A stretch of 64,000 nt of DNA from Gammaproteobacteria bacterium (GTDB lineage: Bacteria > Pseudomonadota > Gammaproteobacteria > Ga0077536), in the NCBI GenBank assembly GCA_963662545.2, contig CAXXLL010000003.1, forward strand, positions 992,001-1,056,000, read 5' to 3'. How positions within the stretch are numbered: position 1 is the first letter of the stretch; each line of letters opens with the position of its first letter. Below are positions 1 through 10,072 of the stretch, in pieces. The notes under the pieces are model-generated. The model saw only the letters and a list, made by a program, of their open reading frames with translations, did not search any database and was not told the DNA's origin. A program made the position numbers and the translations under genes.

Positions 1-203
1 GTTGTACCGTCGATCGCACGACGCGCGAGCGAATTCTTAACAACGCGAACGTATACGCCTGACTCGCGAGCTTTCGCGTGAAGCTCAGTCATTTGCTTCA
101 CGCTCAAGCCGATATATTCAGCAGCGACTGCGGTCTGGGCGTTCGCCGCTATTTCGTTGACCTCCGCAACAACCGTCTGTTTTTGCTGTAGCGTCAAACT
201 CAT
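1..203 (-). CDS. rplJ: 50S ribosomal protein L10 (5' part; runs off window)
   Basis: Manual translation from ATG at 203: MSLTLQQKQTVVAEVNEIAANAQTAVAAEYIGLSVKQMTELHAKARESGVYVRVVKNSLARRA; lies downstream of rplA. Confidence 0.96.
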   Translation of the reverse strand, partial: MSLTLQQKQTVVAEVNEIAANAQTAVAAEYIGLSVKQMTELHAKARESGVYVRVVKNSLARRAIDGT

Positions 204-310
204 TGGTCGATTTCTCCCATTTTGACCCAAGCTCGTTTAGCCAGGTCGCACCACGTTTACTGCGCCCGCAGAGGCGCGATTCGTTTTACGGCGGGCTTTA
301 AGCTGCCCAT

Positions 311-381
311 GGGGAACACCGTCTGCGCGGGCCTTGGACAATTAACCGCAAGCTGTTACTTGCGGACCCGCGGTCTTTAAC
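311..381 (-). promoter_or_regulatory. L10 leader (ribosomal protein autoregulatory RNA)
   Basis: Minus strand AAGACCGCGGG...TTAAT...CCCGCGCAGACGGTG resembles the proteobacterial L10-leader pattern; located in the rplA-rplJ spacer. Confidence 0.75.
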
Positions 382-395
382 GATTAGTCGATAGT

Positions 396-1097
396 TCACG
401 CCGCGTCACACGAAGCCTTGTCGACGGCCAATCCGGGACCCATCGTCGTGGACAGTGAAATCGATTTGAGAAAAATGCCCTTCGCTGAACTTGGCCTGGC
501 CTTGTGCAGGTCCGCCAGAATTGCATTCAAATTGGCCTTGAGAGCATCCGATGTAAACGACGCCTTGCCGATCGGGCAGTGAACGATTCCGGCTTTGTCG
601 GTGCGAAATTGTACCTGTCCGGCTTTGGCGTTACTGACTGCCGCTGCGACGTCGGTGGTTACCGTACCCACTTTCGGGTTCGGCATCAAACCACGCGGGC
701 CGAGGATCTTTCCCAGTTGACCGACGATCCGCATCGATGCGGGTGTGGCAATGGCGATGTCGAATTCGATATTCCCCCTTTTTATTTCCTCCGCCAGATC
801 ATCGAGCCCAACGAGATCTGCGCCGGCTTCGCGCCCTGCATCTGCGTCTGATCCCTCGGCAAAGACCGCTACGCGCATACTCTTTCCCGTGCCATGAGGC
901 AGGACGGTCGAGCCGCGCACGTTTTGATCGGACTTACGGGCATCTATGCCCAAATTGATTGCGGCCTCGACCGATTCGTCAAATTTCGCCGTCGCGACAT
1001 CCTTCAACAAGGCGAGAACTTCATCAATCGGGCGGGGATCACGCCGGTCGCCGATCTTTTCGCGTATCGCTTCAAGTCGCTCACTCTTTTTCGCCAT
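396..1097 (-). CDS. rplA: 50S ribosomal protein L1
   Basis: [25 protein letters not shown] and STTMGPG motifs; start taken at MAKKS. Confidence 0.98.
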   Translation of the reverse strand: MAKKSERLEAIREKIGDRRDPRPIDEVLALLKDVATAKFDESVEAAINLGIDARKSDQNVRGSTVLPHGTGKSMRVAVFAEGSDADAGREAGADLVGLDDLAEEIKRGNIEFDIAIATPASMRIVGQLGKILGPRGLMPNPKVGTVTTDVAAAVSNAKAGQVQFRTDKAGIVHCPIGKASFTSDALKANLNAILADLHKARPSSAKGIFLKSISLSTTMGPGLAVDKASCDAA

Positions 1098-1098
1098 T

Positions 1099-1530
1099 TC
1101 AAACACCCTCCACTTGAAGGCCCATACTCCGTGCGGTCCCCGCGATAGTCCTTACCGCAGCGTCCATATCGGCTGCAGTCAAATCAGGATCTTTTGTTTT
1201 CGCGATCTCCTCGAGTTGCGCGCGGTTGACGGTCCCGACCTTCTCTGTGTTCGGTGTTCCGCTGCCCTTGGCAACACCTGCTGCCTTACGGAGTAAAACG
1301 GCCGCCGGCGGCGTTTTGGTAATAAACGTAAAGCTTTTATCGGCGAATACCGTGATCACCACCGGTATCGGAATGCCCTGCTCCGAGTTTTGCGTTTTGG
1401 CATTGAAGGCCTTGCAAAATTCCATGATGTTAACCCCGTGTTGCCCCAGGGCAGGTCCTACCGGCGGACTCGGGTTAGCCTGTCCGGCCGGCACTTGCAA
1501 CTTTATAAACGCATCAATTTTCTTGGCCAC
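1099..1530 (-). CDS. rplK: 50S ribosomal protein L11
   Basis: [23 protein letters not shown] and IAGTARSMG; GTG start. Confidence 0.99.
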   Translation of the reverse strand: MAKKIDAFIKLQVPAGQANPSPPVGPALGQHGVNIMEFCKAFNAKTQNSEQGIPIPVVITVFADKSFTFITKTPPAAVLLRKAAGVAKGSGTPNTEKVGTVNRAQLEEIAKTKDPDLTAADMDAAVRTIAGTARSMGLQVEGV

Positions 1531-1545
1531 GTGAGCTTATCTCCC

Positions 1546-1572
1546 TGGGTACAAACGCCTCTTGGCTCCCCT
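1546..1572 (-). promoter_or_regulatory. L1-binding leader of the rplK-rplA operon
   Basis: GGGGAGCCAAGAGGCGTTTGTACCCA resembles the E. coli L1 operator (GGGAGCC..GGCG..ACCC); just upstream of the rplK RBS. Confidence 0.7.
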
Positions 1573-1649
1573 AAAGGCAACAGCAAATAAAAGGGACGTG
1601 GATTCGCTATCCCTCCGCGTCGGCAAATCCTTGTTAGGTACTTCTGACA

Positions 1650-2183
1650 TCAATCCTTACTTACCTGACTGAACTCGAGTTCAACGGGCGTAGATCGGCC
1701 AAAGATCGAGACGGCTACGCGCAATCGGCTCTTTTCGTAATTGACTTCTTCGACCGTACCATTGAAGTCGTTGAATGGCCCGTCGGTCACCCGAACGACT
1801 TCGCCAACTTCGAAAAGCACTTTCGGTCGAGGCTTTTCAACGCCTTCCTGAATTCGATCCAGAATCGCCTGTGCCTCCTTCTTAGAAATCGGCGCCGGCC
1901 GATCGCTGCTGCCGCCAATGAAGCCCATCACTTTCGGACAGTTTTTTACGAGGTGCCAGGACTCGTCATCCATCTGCATCTCGACCAGGACATATCCGGG
2001 GAAAAACTTGCGGTCGCTTTTGCGCTTTTGGCCTTCCTTCATTTCGACGACTTCTTCGGTCGGCACGAGGATCTGACCAAACATTTTGCTGATGTCGCTT
2101 CTGTTTATGCGATCTTCCAGTGAGCGTTTTACCTGGTTCTCAAAACCCGAGTAGGCATGCACGACGTACCAACTCAAATTCAT
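1650..2183 (-). CDS. nusG: transcription termination/antitermination factor NusG
   Basis: [22 protein letters not shown] motif GPFNDFNG and [10 protein letters not shown]; start at MNLSWY. Confidence 0.98.
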   Translation of the reverse strand: MNLSWYVVHAYSGFENQVKRSLEDRINRSDISKMFGQILVPTEEVVEMKEGQKRKSDRKFFPGYVLVEMQMDDESWHLVKNCPKVMGFIGGSSDRPAPISKKEAQAILDRIQEGVEKPRPKVLFEVGEVVRVTDGPFNDFNGTVEEVNYEKSRLRVAVSIFGRSTPVELEFSQVSKD

Positions 2184-2185
2184 TT

Positions 2186-2563
2186 TCACGACCCCCTCCC
2201 GATCATCGTTTGTACCAGGCCGCCGAGCAAAAGATCGAGCAACCACAGGAGCACCCCAAAAATTATTACGACGATCATTACGACCATGGTTGTTTGAGTC
2301 GTTTCCTGCCTTGTCGGCCAAACGACTTTCCGAACTTCAATTTGGGCCTCGCGTATAAAGCTTGATACCTGACGCCCCTTATCAGTTTGGAACGCTATCG
2401 TGATCGCAACGACAACCACCGCAATGATACCGCCGACACGCAGCAGCTTTGACGCATCCGCATAGTGATAAAAAGCGACAAGCCCGCCGACTAATATCGT
2501 CAATGATATGGCCAGCTTGACCGTATCCAGCGGACTATGTTGCATCGTTACCTTGGTACTCAC
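2186..2563 (-). CDS. secE: preprotein translocase subunit SecE (3-TM type)
   Basis: [13 protein letters not shown] motif; sits between tRNA-Trp and nusG. Confidence 0.96.
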   Translation of the reverse strand: MSTKVTMQHSPLDTVKLAISLTILVGGLVAFYHYADASKLLRVGGIIAVVVVAITIAFQTDKGRQVSSFIREAQIEVRKVVWPTRQETTQTTMVVMIVVIIFGVLLWLLDLLLGGLVQTMIGRGS

Positions 2564-2583
2564 TAGTCACACGCAGAAGCTTG

Positions 2584-2608
2584 AAAAAGCGGCGCTCTGT
2601 GCCCGCTT
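2584..2608 (-). terminator. possible intrinsic terminator/attenuator after tRNA-Trp
   Basis: Minus strand AAGCGGGCAC-AGA-GCGCCGCTTTTT: imperfect stem followed by a U-run. Confidence 0.4.
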
Positions 2609-2681
2609 CAAACCCCTGCCGTCTCCTAGTTTGCTATTCCCGATCAGAGTATTTCCGCGTTGCTGTTCGTGCCTGCTCAGG

Positions 2682-2757
2682 TGGCAGGCCAGGAGGGAAT
2701 CGAACCCCCAACCTGCGGTTTTGGAGACCGCCGCTCTGCCAATTGAGCTACTGGCCT
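2682..2757 (-). tRNA. trnW: tRNA-Trp(CCA)
   Basis: 76 nt, AGGCCAG acceptor, CTCCAAA anticodon loop, TTCGA T-loop, encoded CCA end. Confidence 0.97.
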
Positions 2758-2764
2758 TGAACTA

Positions 2765-2820
2765 GAACCCGTCTCAGAATTATTCACGTGCGCGCATGCA
2801 ATTAATTTTAAGACGGGTAC
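2765..2820. repeat. 56-bp inverted-repeat mini-element
   Basis: ACCCGTCTCAGAATTA ... TAATTTTAAGACGGGT (14/16 complementary), between tuf and tRNA-Trp. Confidence 0.6.
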
Positions 2821-2828
2821 CGTGCAAA

Positions 2829-4019
2829 TCATTCAATAACCTTGGCTACGACGCCCGCCCCAACCGTGCGCCCGCCTTCCCGGATCGCGAAGCGCAAGCC
2901 GTCCTCCATCGCGATCGGTGCGATCAATTTCACCGTGATCTTCACGTTGTCTCCAGGCATCACCATCTCCACGCCCTCCGGCAACTCCACCGCACCCGTC
3001 ATGTCCGTCGTCCGAAAATAAAACTGCGGCCGGTAGTTCGCGAAAAACGGCGTGTGTCGCCCGCCTTCGTCTTTCGACAAGACGTATACCTCCGCCTCAA
3101 AATGCGTGTGCGGATTCACCGAACCCGGCTTGCACAACACCTGACCACGCTCCACTTCTTCTCGCTTCGTACCCCGTAACAAGATGCCCACGTTGTCTCC
3201 CGCCTGACCTTCGTCCAGCAGCTTGCGGAACATCTCAACTCCCGTACACGTCGTCTTCTTCGTCTCCTTGATGCCCACAATCTCGATCTCCTCACCGACC
3301 AAGATCTTGCCCCGCTCGACGCGCCCCGTCACCACCGTCCCGCGTCCCGATATCGAAAATACATCCTCAATCGGCATCAAAAACGGCAGGTCCACCAGGC
3401 GCTCCGGGATCGGGATGAATTCATCCATCGCCGCCACTAACTTCTCAATCGACGGGCGACCCAACTCTCCCTCGTCACCCTCCATCGCCTTCAGCGCACT
3501 GCCCACGATCACCGGCGTGTCGTCGCCCGGAAACTGGTAGGCGTCCAGTAGTTCTCGTACCTCCAGCTCCACCAGCTCCAGCAATTCCGCGTCGTCCACC
3601 ATGTCCGCCTTGTTCAGGTACACCACGATCTTCGGTACACCCACTTGACGCGCCAGCAATATGTGCTCCCGAGTCTGCGGCATCGGACCATCCGCCGCGC
3701 TGCACACCAGGATCGCGCCGTCCATCTGCGCCGCACCCGTGATCATATTCTTTACGTAATCCGCGTGACCCGGACAATCAACATGCGCGTAATGACGTGA
3801 TTCGCTTTCGTATTCCACATGCGCCGTCGCTATCGTGATCCCGCGCTCCCGCTCTTCCGGCGCGTTATCGATCTGAGCGTAGTTCTTCGTCTCGCCGCCG
3901 AACTTTTCCGCCGACACCATCGTCAATGCCGCCGTCAACGTCGTCTTACCATGATCTACATGACCAATCGTACCCACATTCAGATGCGGCTTCGTTCTTT
4001 CAAATTTTGCCTTGGACAT
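2829..4019 (-). CDS. tuf: elongation factor Tu
   Basis: [28 protein letters not shown] and [10 protein letters not shown]; 396 aa. Confidence 0.99.
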   Translation of the reverse strand: MSKAKFERTKPHLNVGTIGHVDHGKTTLTAALTMVSAEKFGGETKNYAQIDNAPEERERGITIATAHVEYESESRHYAHVDCPGHADYVKNMITGAAQMDGAILVCSAADGPMPQTREHILLARQVGVPKIVVYLNKADMVDDAELLELVELEVRELLDAYQFPGDDTPVIVGSALKAMEGDEGELGRPSIEKLVAAMDEFIPIPERLVDLPFLMPIEDVFSISGRGTVVTGRVERGKILVGEEIEIVGIKETKKTTCTGVEMFRKLLDEGQAGDNVGILLRGTKREEVERGQVLCKPGSVNPHTHFEAEVYVLSKDEGGRHTPFFANYRPQFYFRTTDMTGAVELPEGVEMVMPGDNVKITVKLIAPIAMEDGLRFAIREGGRTVGAGVVAKVIE

Positions 4020-4102
4020 GCTGTTGCGTCTCCTAAGTCAGATACGTTCGATCAGAAACATTGCGTCGTTACCACCAATCGATCATTTCGGGTCGAATAC
4101 TT

Positions 4103-4178
4103 TGGAGCCCATGACCGGAATTGAACCGGTGACTTCTTCCTTACCAAGGAAGTGCTCTACCGACTGAGCTACATGGGC
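4103..4178 (-). tRNA. trnT: tRNA-Thr(GGT)
   Basis: 76 nt, GCCCATG acceptor, CTTGGTAA anticodon region, CCA end. Confidence 0.97.
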
Positions 4179-4183
4179 CCAGC

Positions 4184-4263
4184 GAAGCACAAAGCAGAAA
4201 GGAATAAGCGGAAAGCTCGTTGAACAGCGCCTCTTTGCTATTTGCACCTTTCTACTTTCCACT
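4184..4263. repeat. inverted pair of degenerate heptamer arrays (AAAGYAG-like)
   Basis: GAAGCAC-AAAGCAG-AAAGGAA-TAAGCGG-AAAG opposed to an arm whose reverse complement is AGTGG-AAAGTAG-AAAGGTG-CAAATAG-CAAAG. Confidence 0.6.
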
Positions 4264-4268
4264 CATAC

Positions 4269-4342
<74 letters not shown>

Positions 4343-4396
4343 CGAATGCTAACGCCATGGACTGGCAAAGATTTGGAGCGTCCCATCACTCCTGCC

Positions 4397-4481
4397 TGGT
4401 GGAGGGGGTAGGATTCGAACCTACGAAGGCTGAGCCGGCAGATTTACAGTCTGCTCCCGTTGACCGCTTGGGTACCCCTCC
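4397..4481 (-). tRNA. trnY: tRNA-Tyr(GTA)
   Basis: 85 nt with long variable arm, CTGTAAA anticodon loop, CCA end. Confidence 0.97.
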
Positions 4482-4497
4482 AAAACGGTAGCCGTAA

Positions 4498-4526
4498 ATT
4501 GTCGAAATATTTGAGGGTTATGTCAA
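4498..4526 (-). promoter_or_regulatory. sigma70 promoter of the tRNA-Tyr/Gly/Thr-tuf operon
   Basis: TTGACA-N17-GACAAT on the minus strand, 16 nt upstream of tRNA-Tyr. Confidence 0.8.
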
Positions 4527-4531
4527 TACAA

Positions 4532-4747
4532 GCAGCCTGTCGGACTTAGGGAATCGTAGCGAAGCGCGTGGGATAGCGGTCTGAGAGGGGTCATGGTTTG
4601 AGGCGAATAGTGGGGCTATATAACGAAAAATTCGCCAGGAACGAATTTTCGCGCCAGCCCGGCAGGGGTGCGCTGAACAAAACCATCGCGCCTCTCAGAC
4701 CGCTATCCCACCGCCCAAGTCAATTCTTTCTAAGTCCGACAGGCTCC
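4532..4747. mobile_element. 216-bp MITE (GGAGCCTGTCGGACTTAG-type ends)
   Basis: Perfect 16-bp terminal IR AGCCTGTCGGACTTAG / CTAAGTCCGACAGGCT; perfect 21-bp internal IR at 4568-4588 and 4691-4711; no credible ORF. Confidence 0.85.
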
Positions 4748-5349
4748 TAAGCACGAATGATCTTACCCGTCGACCCGTCTCGAATAGCCGTCGGCCGCAA
4801 ATTAGACCCCACCCGTCCGCCGAGATAGCACTCGATTTGTTTGCCGAAATAGCGCCTGGCTGCCAAAACCGTCCTCGCGGGTCGCCGCCCCATTGGATTC
4901 GCACTGGTCGACACTAAAGGCCCGGCCCGGCCGCAGAGGACGGCCATCTGCCCGTGGGCAGTCACGCGTACGGCAATCTGTCCCCGACCATTCTTGAGCC
5001 ATCGTGGAGCCGTCCGGCGTGCTGGCAGGATCCAGGTATGAGGCCCCGGCCAGCTCTGGAGAATTTCGTGCATTAGAGGCGTTTCCAGGGTCACGAACCG
5101 CTGGATCTGAGCGAGATCCGCGCCCACGACGATGAAGAGTTTGCGCGCTGAGCGGCGTTTTAGACGGGCGATACGGATGCAGGCAACGCGATCGTAAGCG
5201 CTCGCAGCAAGCCCGAATACCGCTTCTGTGGCGTGCGCGACCACGCCGCCCCGTAGCAGGACACGGGCCGCTGCATCAGTGCGCCAATCGAGTACGGTTA
5301 GATCAGCCGCGCCGCAGTTCGGCGTCTTTTTCGAGAATTTTCGCGGCAT
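4747..5349 (-). CDS. tsaC: L-threonylcarbamoyladenylate synthase (YrdC/Sua5 family)
   Basis: [26 protein letters not shown] and LVSTSAN; start uncertain (ORF overlaps the purE 3' end). Confidence 0.9.
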   Translation of the reverse strand: MPRKFSKKTPNCGAADLTVLDWRTDAAARVLLRGGVVAHATEAVFGLAASAYDRVACIRIARLKRRSARKLFIVVGADLAQIQRFVTLETPLMHEILQSWPGPHTWILPARRTAPRWLKNGRGQIAVRVTAHGQMAVLCGRAGPLVSTSANPMGRRPARTVLAARRYFGKQIECYLGGRVGSNLRPTAIRDGSTGKIIRA

Positions 5350-5806
5350 TGGCCAGGCGCTCGTCGCGTAATGCCTGTGCTAGGGCTTCGTCATTGAGAC
5401 TGAGAATCTGCGCAGCCAGGTATCCCGCGTTCTTCGCGCCCACCTTACCGATTGCGGTGCATGCGACGGGAATCCCACCAGGCATCTGCACAGTAGATAA
5501 AAGCGCATCCACGCCTTGCAGGGGCCCGCCTTCCATGGGCACCCCGATAACCGGGCGGACGGTCCGTGCGGAGACCGCGCCCGCGAGATGCGCCGCAAGT
5601 CCCGCGGCTGCGATAAATACGGCGCAGCCCCTCTTTTCCGCATCAATCACGTAATCTTGGGTTTCAGCCGGCGTTCGATGCGCCGATTTGATATTCATTT
5701 CGTAGGGAATATTGAACGAATCCAAAACGCTCGCGGTCGATTGCATCGTCGGCAAATCAGAGTGCGAGCCCATCAGTATGGCGACGAACCGTCGGTTTTC
5801 AGTCAC
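5303..5806 (-). CDS. purE: N5-CAIR mutase / AIR carboxylase PurE
   Basis: [26 protein letters not shown] and [12 protein letters not shown]. Confidence 0.97.
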   Translation of the reverse strand: MTENRRFVAILMGSHSDLPTMQSTASVLDSFNIPYEMNIKSAHRTPAETQDYVIDAEKRGCAVFIAAAGLAAHLAGAVSARTVRPVIGVPMEGGPLQGVDALLSTVQMPGGIPVACTAIGKVGAKNAGYLAAQILSLNDEALAQALRDERLANAAKILEKDAELRRG

Positions 5807-5843
5807 GCGGCTTCATGCCCGCACCATGATGATATCGAACCAT

Positions 5844-8150
5844 TCACGATCCCTTGGCGGCCCGGCGACGGCCGCGCTTGGCCGGCGCGTTGGCCAGTAA
5901 GGTCTGACATTCTTCGAGACTCAAGATTTTCGGATCCTGGTCTTTTGGTACACGGGCATTTTTGGTGCCGTCGGTGATATAAGGCCCGTACCGCCCGTTG
6001 AGCACCTTGATGTCGCTGTCCGGAAATTCTTGGATCTGCTTTGCCGCGTCCACCTTTTTTTTCTCTTCGACAAGTTCGCAGGCCCGCTCCAGCGTGATGG
6101 TATAGGGGTCATCTTCCTTGGCCAGACTGGCGAATTTATCGGCGAAACGTACATAAGGACCGTAACGACCGATGCTTACCGACAGCGGCACGCCGTCGGG
6201 CGTCTCCCCCAGTTCGCGCGGCAGCTTCGTAAGTTCAAGCGCTTCTTCGAGAGTAATGCCCTCGATCCGTTGGCCCTGGCGCAATCCATAAAACTGCGGT
6301 TTTTCTTCGTCTTCAGTCGAACCGATGATGACATATGGACCGTACCGTCCCATTCGCACGGCCACGGGTTTCCCGCTTTTGGGATCGACACCCAATTCGC
6401 GCGCTTGATTTGCTTCCTTTCTGGAAACATTCTCCTCTTTGTCTTTGATAATGGCGGAAAATGGTTCCCAGAAATCTCGCAGCAGCGGGATCCATTCCTT
6501 TTCACCACGCGAAATTGCGTCCAGATCATCCTCGAGCTTTGCGGTGAAATTGTAATCGACATAGGTCGCGAAATGATTGGTAAGAAACGTATTCACGACC
6601 TTGCCGATATCAGTCGGCTGAAATCGTTTCTTTTCGAATTCAACGTATTCTCGCTGCACTAGCGTTGAAATAATTGACGCATAGGTGGAAGGGCGCCCGA
6701 TGCCATACTCTTCGAGCGTTTTCACCAGGCTTGCTTCCGTATAACGCGGCGGTGGTTCAGTAAAGTGCTGTTCGTTGCGGATCTGCTCAAGTTTTATTTT
6801 CTGCTGCGGTTCGAGCGGCGGCAACATCTTAGATTCCTGCTCGGTATCGTCGGATCCCTCGAGGTAGACCGCCATGAATCCAGGCTCCGTGACCGTCGAT
6901 CCGGTTGCGCGAAACACCCCGTTCGAACCGGCATTGAGATCAGCGGATACCGTATCGATAGTCGCATGGATCATTTGACACGCCACCGTCCGTTTCCAGA
7001 TCAAATCATAGAGTTTGAACTGCTCCTTGGACAGAAAGGATTTAATCTCCGAAGGAACGCGCAAACAGGACGTCGGACGTATTGCTTCGTGCGCTTCCTG
7101 AGCGTTCTTTGATTTCGTTTTAAAAATTCGAGGGGTCTTGGGTATTTGGTCTTTCCCGTATTTTTCGACAACAAAATGCCGCAATTCGTCCAATGCTTCG
7201 CGCGCCAGGTTGAGCGAGTCCGTACGCATGTACGTGATGAGTCCGGTGCTTCCGGTTCCTATGTCGACGCCCTCATATAACTGCTGTGCAATACGCATCG
7301 TATGTTGGGCGGTAAAACCGAGTTTGCGCACGCCTTCCTGCTGCAAGGTGGACGTGATGAACGGCGACGCCGGATGACGTTTTCGATTTTTTCGCTCTAC
7401 TTTGGCGACCACGAGTTCCCCTTCGGCCGCGTCAACCATCTGCTCTCGGACATCGGCAGCCTGATCTTCCGAAGTCACCGTAAATTGCCGAACCTTCTCA
7501 CCGTTCAATTCGCTCAATTTCGCCACAAAAGGACTTTTACCGGCGATAAGATCCGCTTCGATGGTCCAGTATTCGCGACTTTTGAATTTGTCGATTTCTG
7601 CTTCGCGTTCGCAAATGAGCCGGAGCGTCGGACTTTGCACCCGGCCGGCAGACAAACCTCTTTTGATTTTTTTCCACAGCAGAGGGGATAGATTGAATCC
7701 GACGAGATAGTCGAGCGCCCGCCTCGCCTGCTGCGCATTAACGAGATCCATGGAAACCTTGCGCGGCGAGTCCATTGCCTCCTTGATCGCCCGTTCAGTG
7801 ATCTCGTGGAAGACGACGCGATAGACCTCCTTACCGTCCAATATCGAGCGCCCGCGCAACAGCTCGACCAGGTGCCAGGAAATGGCCTCACCTTCCCGAT
7901 CCAGGTCAGTGGCGAGGTAAAGGGCATCGGCCTTTTTCATGGCTTTTGCGATCTGGTCGACGTACTTCGAATTTCGTTTGATGACTTCGTACTTCATTTC
8001 GAAGTCGTTTTCTGTATCGACCGCTCCTTCTTTCGGCAGCAAATCACGTACGTGCCCGTAGGAAGCCAGGACTTCGTAGTCCTTACCAAGGTATTTCTTG
8101 ATGGTGCTGGCTTTCGCCGGGGATTCGACGATGACTAGGTTAGCGACCAT
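5844..8150 (-). CDS. topA: DNA topoisomerase I with topoisomerase C-terminal repeats
   Basis: LVIVESPAKA, ATDLDREGE, SAGRVQS, LITYMRTDS and AQEAHEAIRP; three GRYGPY repeats and no zinc ribbons. Confidence 0.98.
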   Translation of the reverse strand: MVANLVIVESPAKASTIKKYLGKDYEVLASYGHVRDLLPKEGAVDTENDFEMKYEVIKRNSKYVDQIAKAMKKADALYLATDLDREGEAISWHLVELLRGRSILDGKEVYRVVFHEITERAIKEAMDSPRKVSMDLVNAQQARRALDYLVGFNLSPLLWKKIKRGLSAGRVQSPTLRLICEREAEIDKFKSREYWTIEADLIAGKSPFVAKLSELNGEKVRQFTVTSEDQAADVREQMVDAAEGELVVAKVERKNRKRHPASPFITSTLQQEGVRKLGFTAQHTMRIAQQLYEGVDIGTGSTGLITYMRTDSLNLAREALDELRHFVVEKYGKDQIPKTPRIFKTKSKNAQEAHEAIRPTSCLRVPSEIKSFLSKEQFKLYDLIWKRTVACQMIHATIDTVSADLNAGSNGVFRATGSTVTEPGFMAVYLEGSDDTEQESKMLPPLEPQQKIKLEQIRNEQHFTEPPPRYTEASLVKTLEEYGIGRPSTYASIISTLVQREYVEFEKKRFQPTDIGKVVNTFLTNHFATYVDYNFTAKLEDDLDAISRGEKEWIPLLRDFWEPFSAIIKDKEENVSRKEANQARELGVDPKSGKPVAVRMGRYGPYVIIGSTEDEEKPQFYGLRQGQRIEGITLEEALELTKLPRELGETPDGVPLSVSIGRYGPYVRFADKFASLAKEDDPYTITLERACELVEEKKKVDAAKQIQEFPDSDIKVLNGRYGPYITDGTKNARVPKDQDPKILSLEECQTLLANAPAKRGRRRAAKGS

Positions 8151-8201
8151 GGAAAGATGCAATTCAGATTCGAAAAAGGAAAGCGCCTGAAACGCCGAAC
8201 C

Positions 8202-8687
8202 CTAATGGAGATTTCCGTACAGGTCGTCCATAACGAGATCTTCCATCCATAAAAAAGCCTGTTCCTGGCCCGGTTGACTGAACAACACCATCAATATGAT
8301 CCACTTGAGCTGTTCTACATCAATATCGTCGGATTCCAATGCGAGCACGCGTTCAATCACCAGCTCTCGACTGGAGCTGTTCAGAACACTGGCTTGTTCC
8401 AGGAAATACAAGAACCCGCGACATTCGGTATCCAGCTTACGTTCTTCCTCGCCGGTATATATTCGCGTCGAGGTTTGCGCAGGTAGCGGCATATCATTCG
8501 CGTTATCACGGTTTGCCGCCAGTTCCTGCAACCAGTCGAATGCCCTCGCGACCTGTCCACCCTCGAATCCCGCCTCATAAAGTTCGGATTTCAACCGATC
8601 GCGATCGACATCGAGTTCTATCTCTTCGTCGACATAATGCTCGAACAGATAAATCAAAATATCAATGACCGTTTGCTTCATCATCAA
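8202..8687 (-). CDS. smg: Smg / DUF494 family protein
   Basis: DILIYLFEHY, AGF..AFDWL, RIYT.EE and LKWIILMVLF; dprA-smg-topA synteny. Confidence 0.93.
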   Translation of the reverse strand: MMMKQTVIDILIYLFEHYVDEEIELDVDRDRLKSELYEAGFEGGQVARAFDWLQELAANRDNANDMPLPAQTSTRIYTGEEERKLDTECRGFLYFLEQASVLNSSSRELVIERVLALESDDIDVEQLKWIILMVLFSQPGQEQAFLWMEDLVMDDLYGNLH

Positions 8688-8794
8688 TAAGTCCGACCTC
8701 GCCGGCGGAAAGCTGTTTGGGTCATTTGGTATTTCCGAAAAGCGCTGTTTCGATGTGGGTGGCGTATCGTTGCCTGATCGAAATTCCGCGCATG

Positions 8795-9913
8795 TTATCG
8801 AATACGTATATAAGTTCCTGCCGCATGCATTGCAATTTGCCCGGCAAGTTCAAGCGTCAACAGCATGGAGGAAACGTCCTGAGCCGTCAATCCAGAGTGA
8901 AAAATGATCTGATCCATTGTGAACGGTTCCCAACCACAGGCTTCAAACGCTTCGGTCTCTCGCCGTCCCAACGACGCTGCGACCGAGTTGGCGTGCACAA
9001 CGGTGCGTGTACGCGTCGCTGCGGGTGGGACCGCCAAAGGGAGATCGGTAAACTCACCGACAACGTCCGCGGCACATTCGATTAGCTTCGCACCCTGTGC
9101 GATCAATGCGTGACAGCCTTTGCTCATAGGATTGCGGACGGATCCGGGAACGGCGAATACCTCGCGTCCCTGCTCTGCGGCGTGCATCGCGGTCGAAATC
9201 GAACCACTTCGACTAGCGGCTTCGACGACGATGGTGCCTCGGGCGAGACCGCTGATAATCCGGTTGCGCTGAGGGAAATGATGTTTCCGCGGTGGGGCAC
9301 CCAGTGGAAATTCGGATATGACCGCGCCCGAACGGCTGATTTCCATGGCGAGATCCTGGTGGCGGGAAGGGTAGATACGATCAATTCCGCAACCAAGCAC
9401 CGCTATCGTAACGCCCGCTTTCAGTGCGCCCCGGTGTGCGCAAGCGTCGATACCAAACGCCAGGCCGCTGGTGATAACCAGGCCGAACGCGGCAAGCTCA
9501 CAAGCGATATCCGTCGCGAATTCGCAGCCCGGTTTCGTCGCGTTGCGACTCCCGACGATTGCAATTTGGGCATGGGTGAGAAATTCTGCCGCTCCTGCGA
9601 CGAATAATACGGGTGGGGGGACGGCAATTTCGCGCAGCAACACCGGGTAGCGGGCGTCATCGACAGATATCAAATGATGACTCGGCGTGGCTCCCCATTT
9701 AAGCGCGCGATCGGCGAGATCCCATCGGGGTTTGACACCGCTATCGCCAAACCTCGCAATGACCCGTGGTAGAAATGCGCCGCCGTTTGCGACCGTTTTG
9801 AGAGTTTGTCGGTATTGGGAGACGGCACTCGCCGCAGTGCGCCCAGCGGTATAAAGGGCGGCATGGTAGGCGAGTAGATGCCGCAGTACGTCGATGTCCA
9901 GTCCCTTGTCCAT
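8795..9913 (-). CDS. dprA: DNA-processing protein DprA (Smf)
   Basis: IAIVGSRNAT, ITSGLAFGIDACAH, FPQRNRIISGL and GREVFAVPG; C-terminal winged helix. Confidence 0.97.
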   Translation of the reverse strand: MDKGLDIDVLRHLLAYHAALYTAGRTAASAVSQYRQTLKTVANGGAFLPRVIARFGDSGVKPRWDLADRALKWGATPSHHLISVDDARYPVLLREIAVPPPVLFVAGAAEFLTHAQIAIVGSRNATKPGCEFATDIACELAAFGLVITSGLAFGIDACAHRGALKAGVTIAVLGCGIDRIYPSRHQDLAMEISRSGAVISEFPLGAPPRKHHFPQRNRIISGLARGTIVVEAASRSGSISTAMHAAEQGREVFAVPGSVRNPMSKGCHALIAQGAKLIECAADVVGEFTDLPLAVPPAATRTRTVVHANSVAASLGRRETEAFEACGWEPFTMDQIIFHSGLTAQDVSSMLLTLELAGQIAMHAAGTYIRIR

Positions 9914-10072
9914 CGCTTGCCATGATAGCTAGTGTGCATCCCTAAACGCGATGCGGTTGAAATAAAAAGGAAAATTTGTCGCTTAAGGGATCGAAACCTC
10001 CGGTAGGTCGTGATCTAATGGAACTTCAAACCTCTGATTTTCCACACAATCATCGACACCACAGGAGGGGGA

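Noticed and set aside
2829-4019. tuf looks strongly G-ending in codon usage relative to neighbours (foreign origin?)
   Set aside because: Judged by eye only; synteny is canonical, and strand bias or gene conversion between tuf copies is a simpler explanation.
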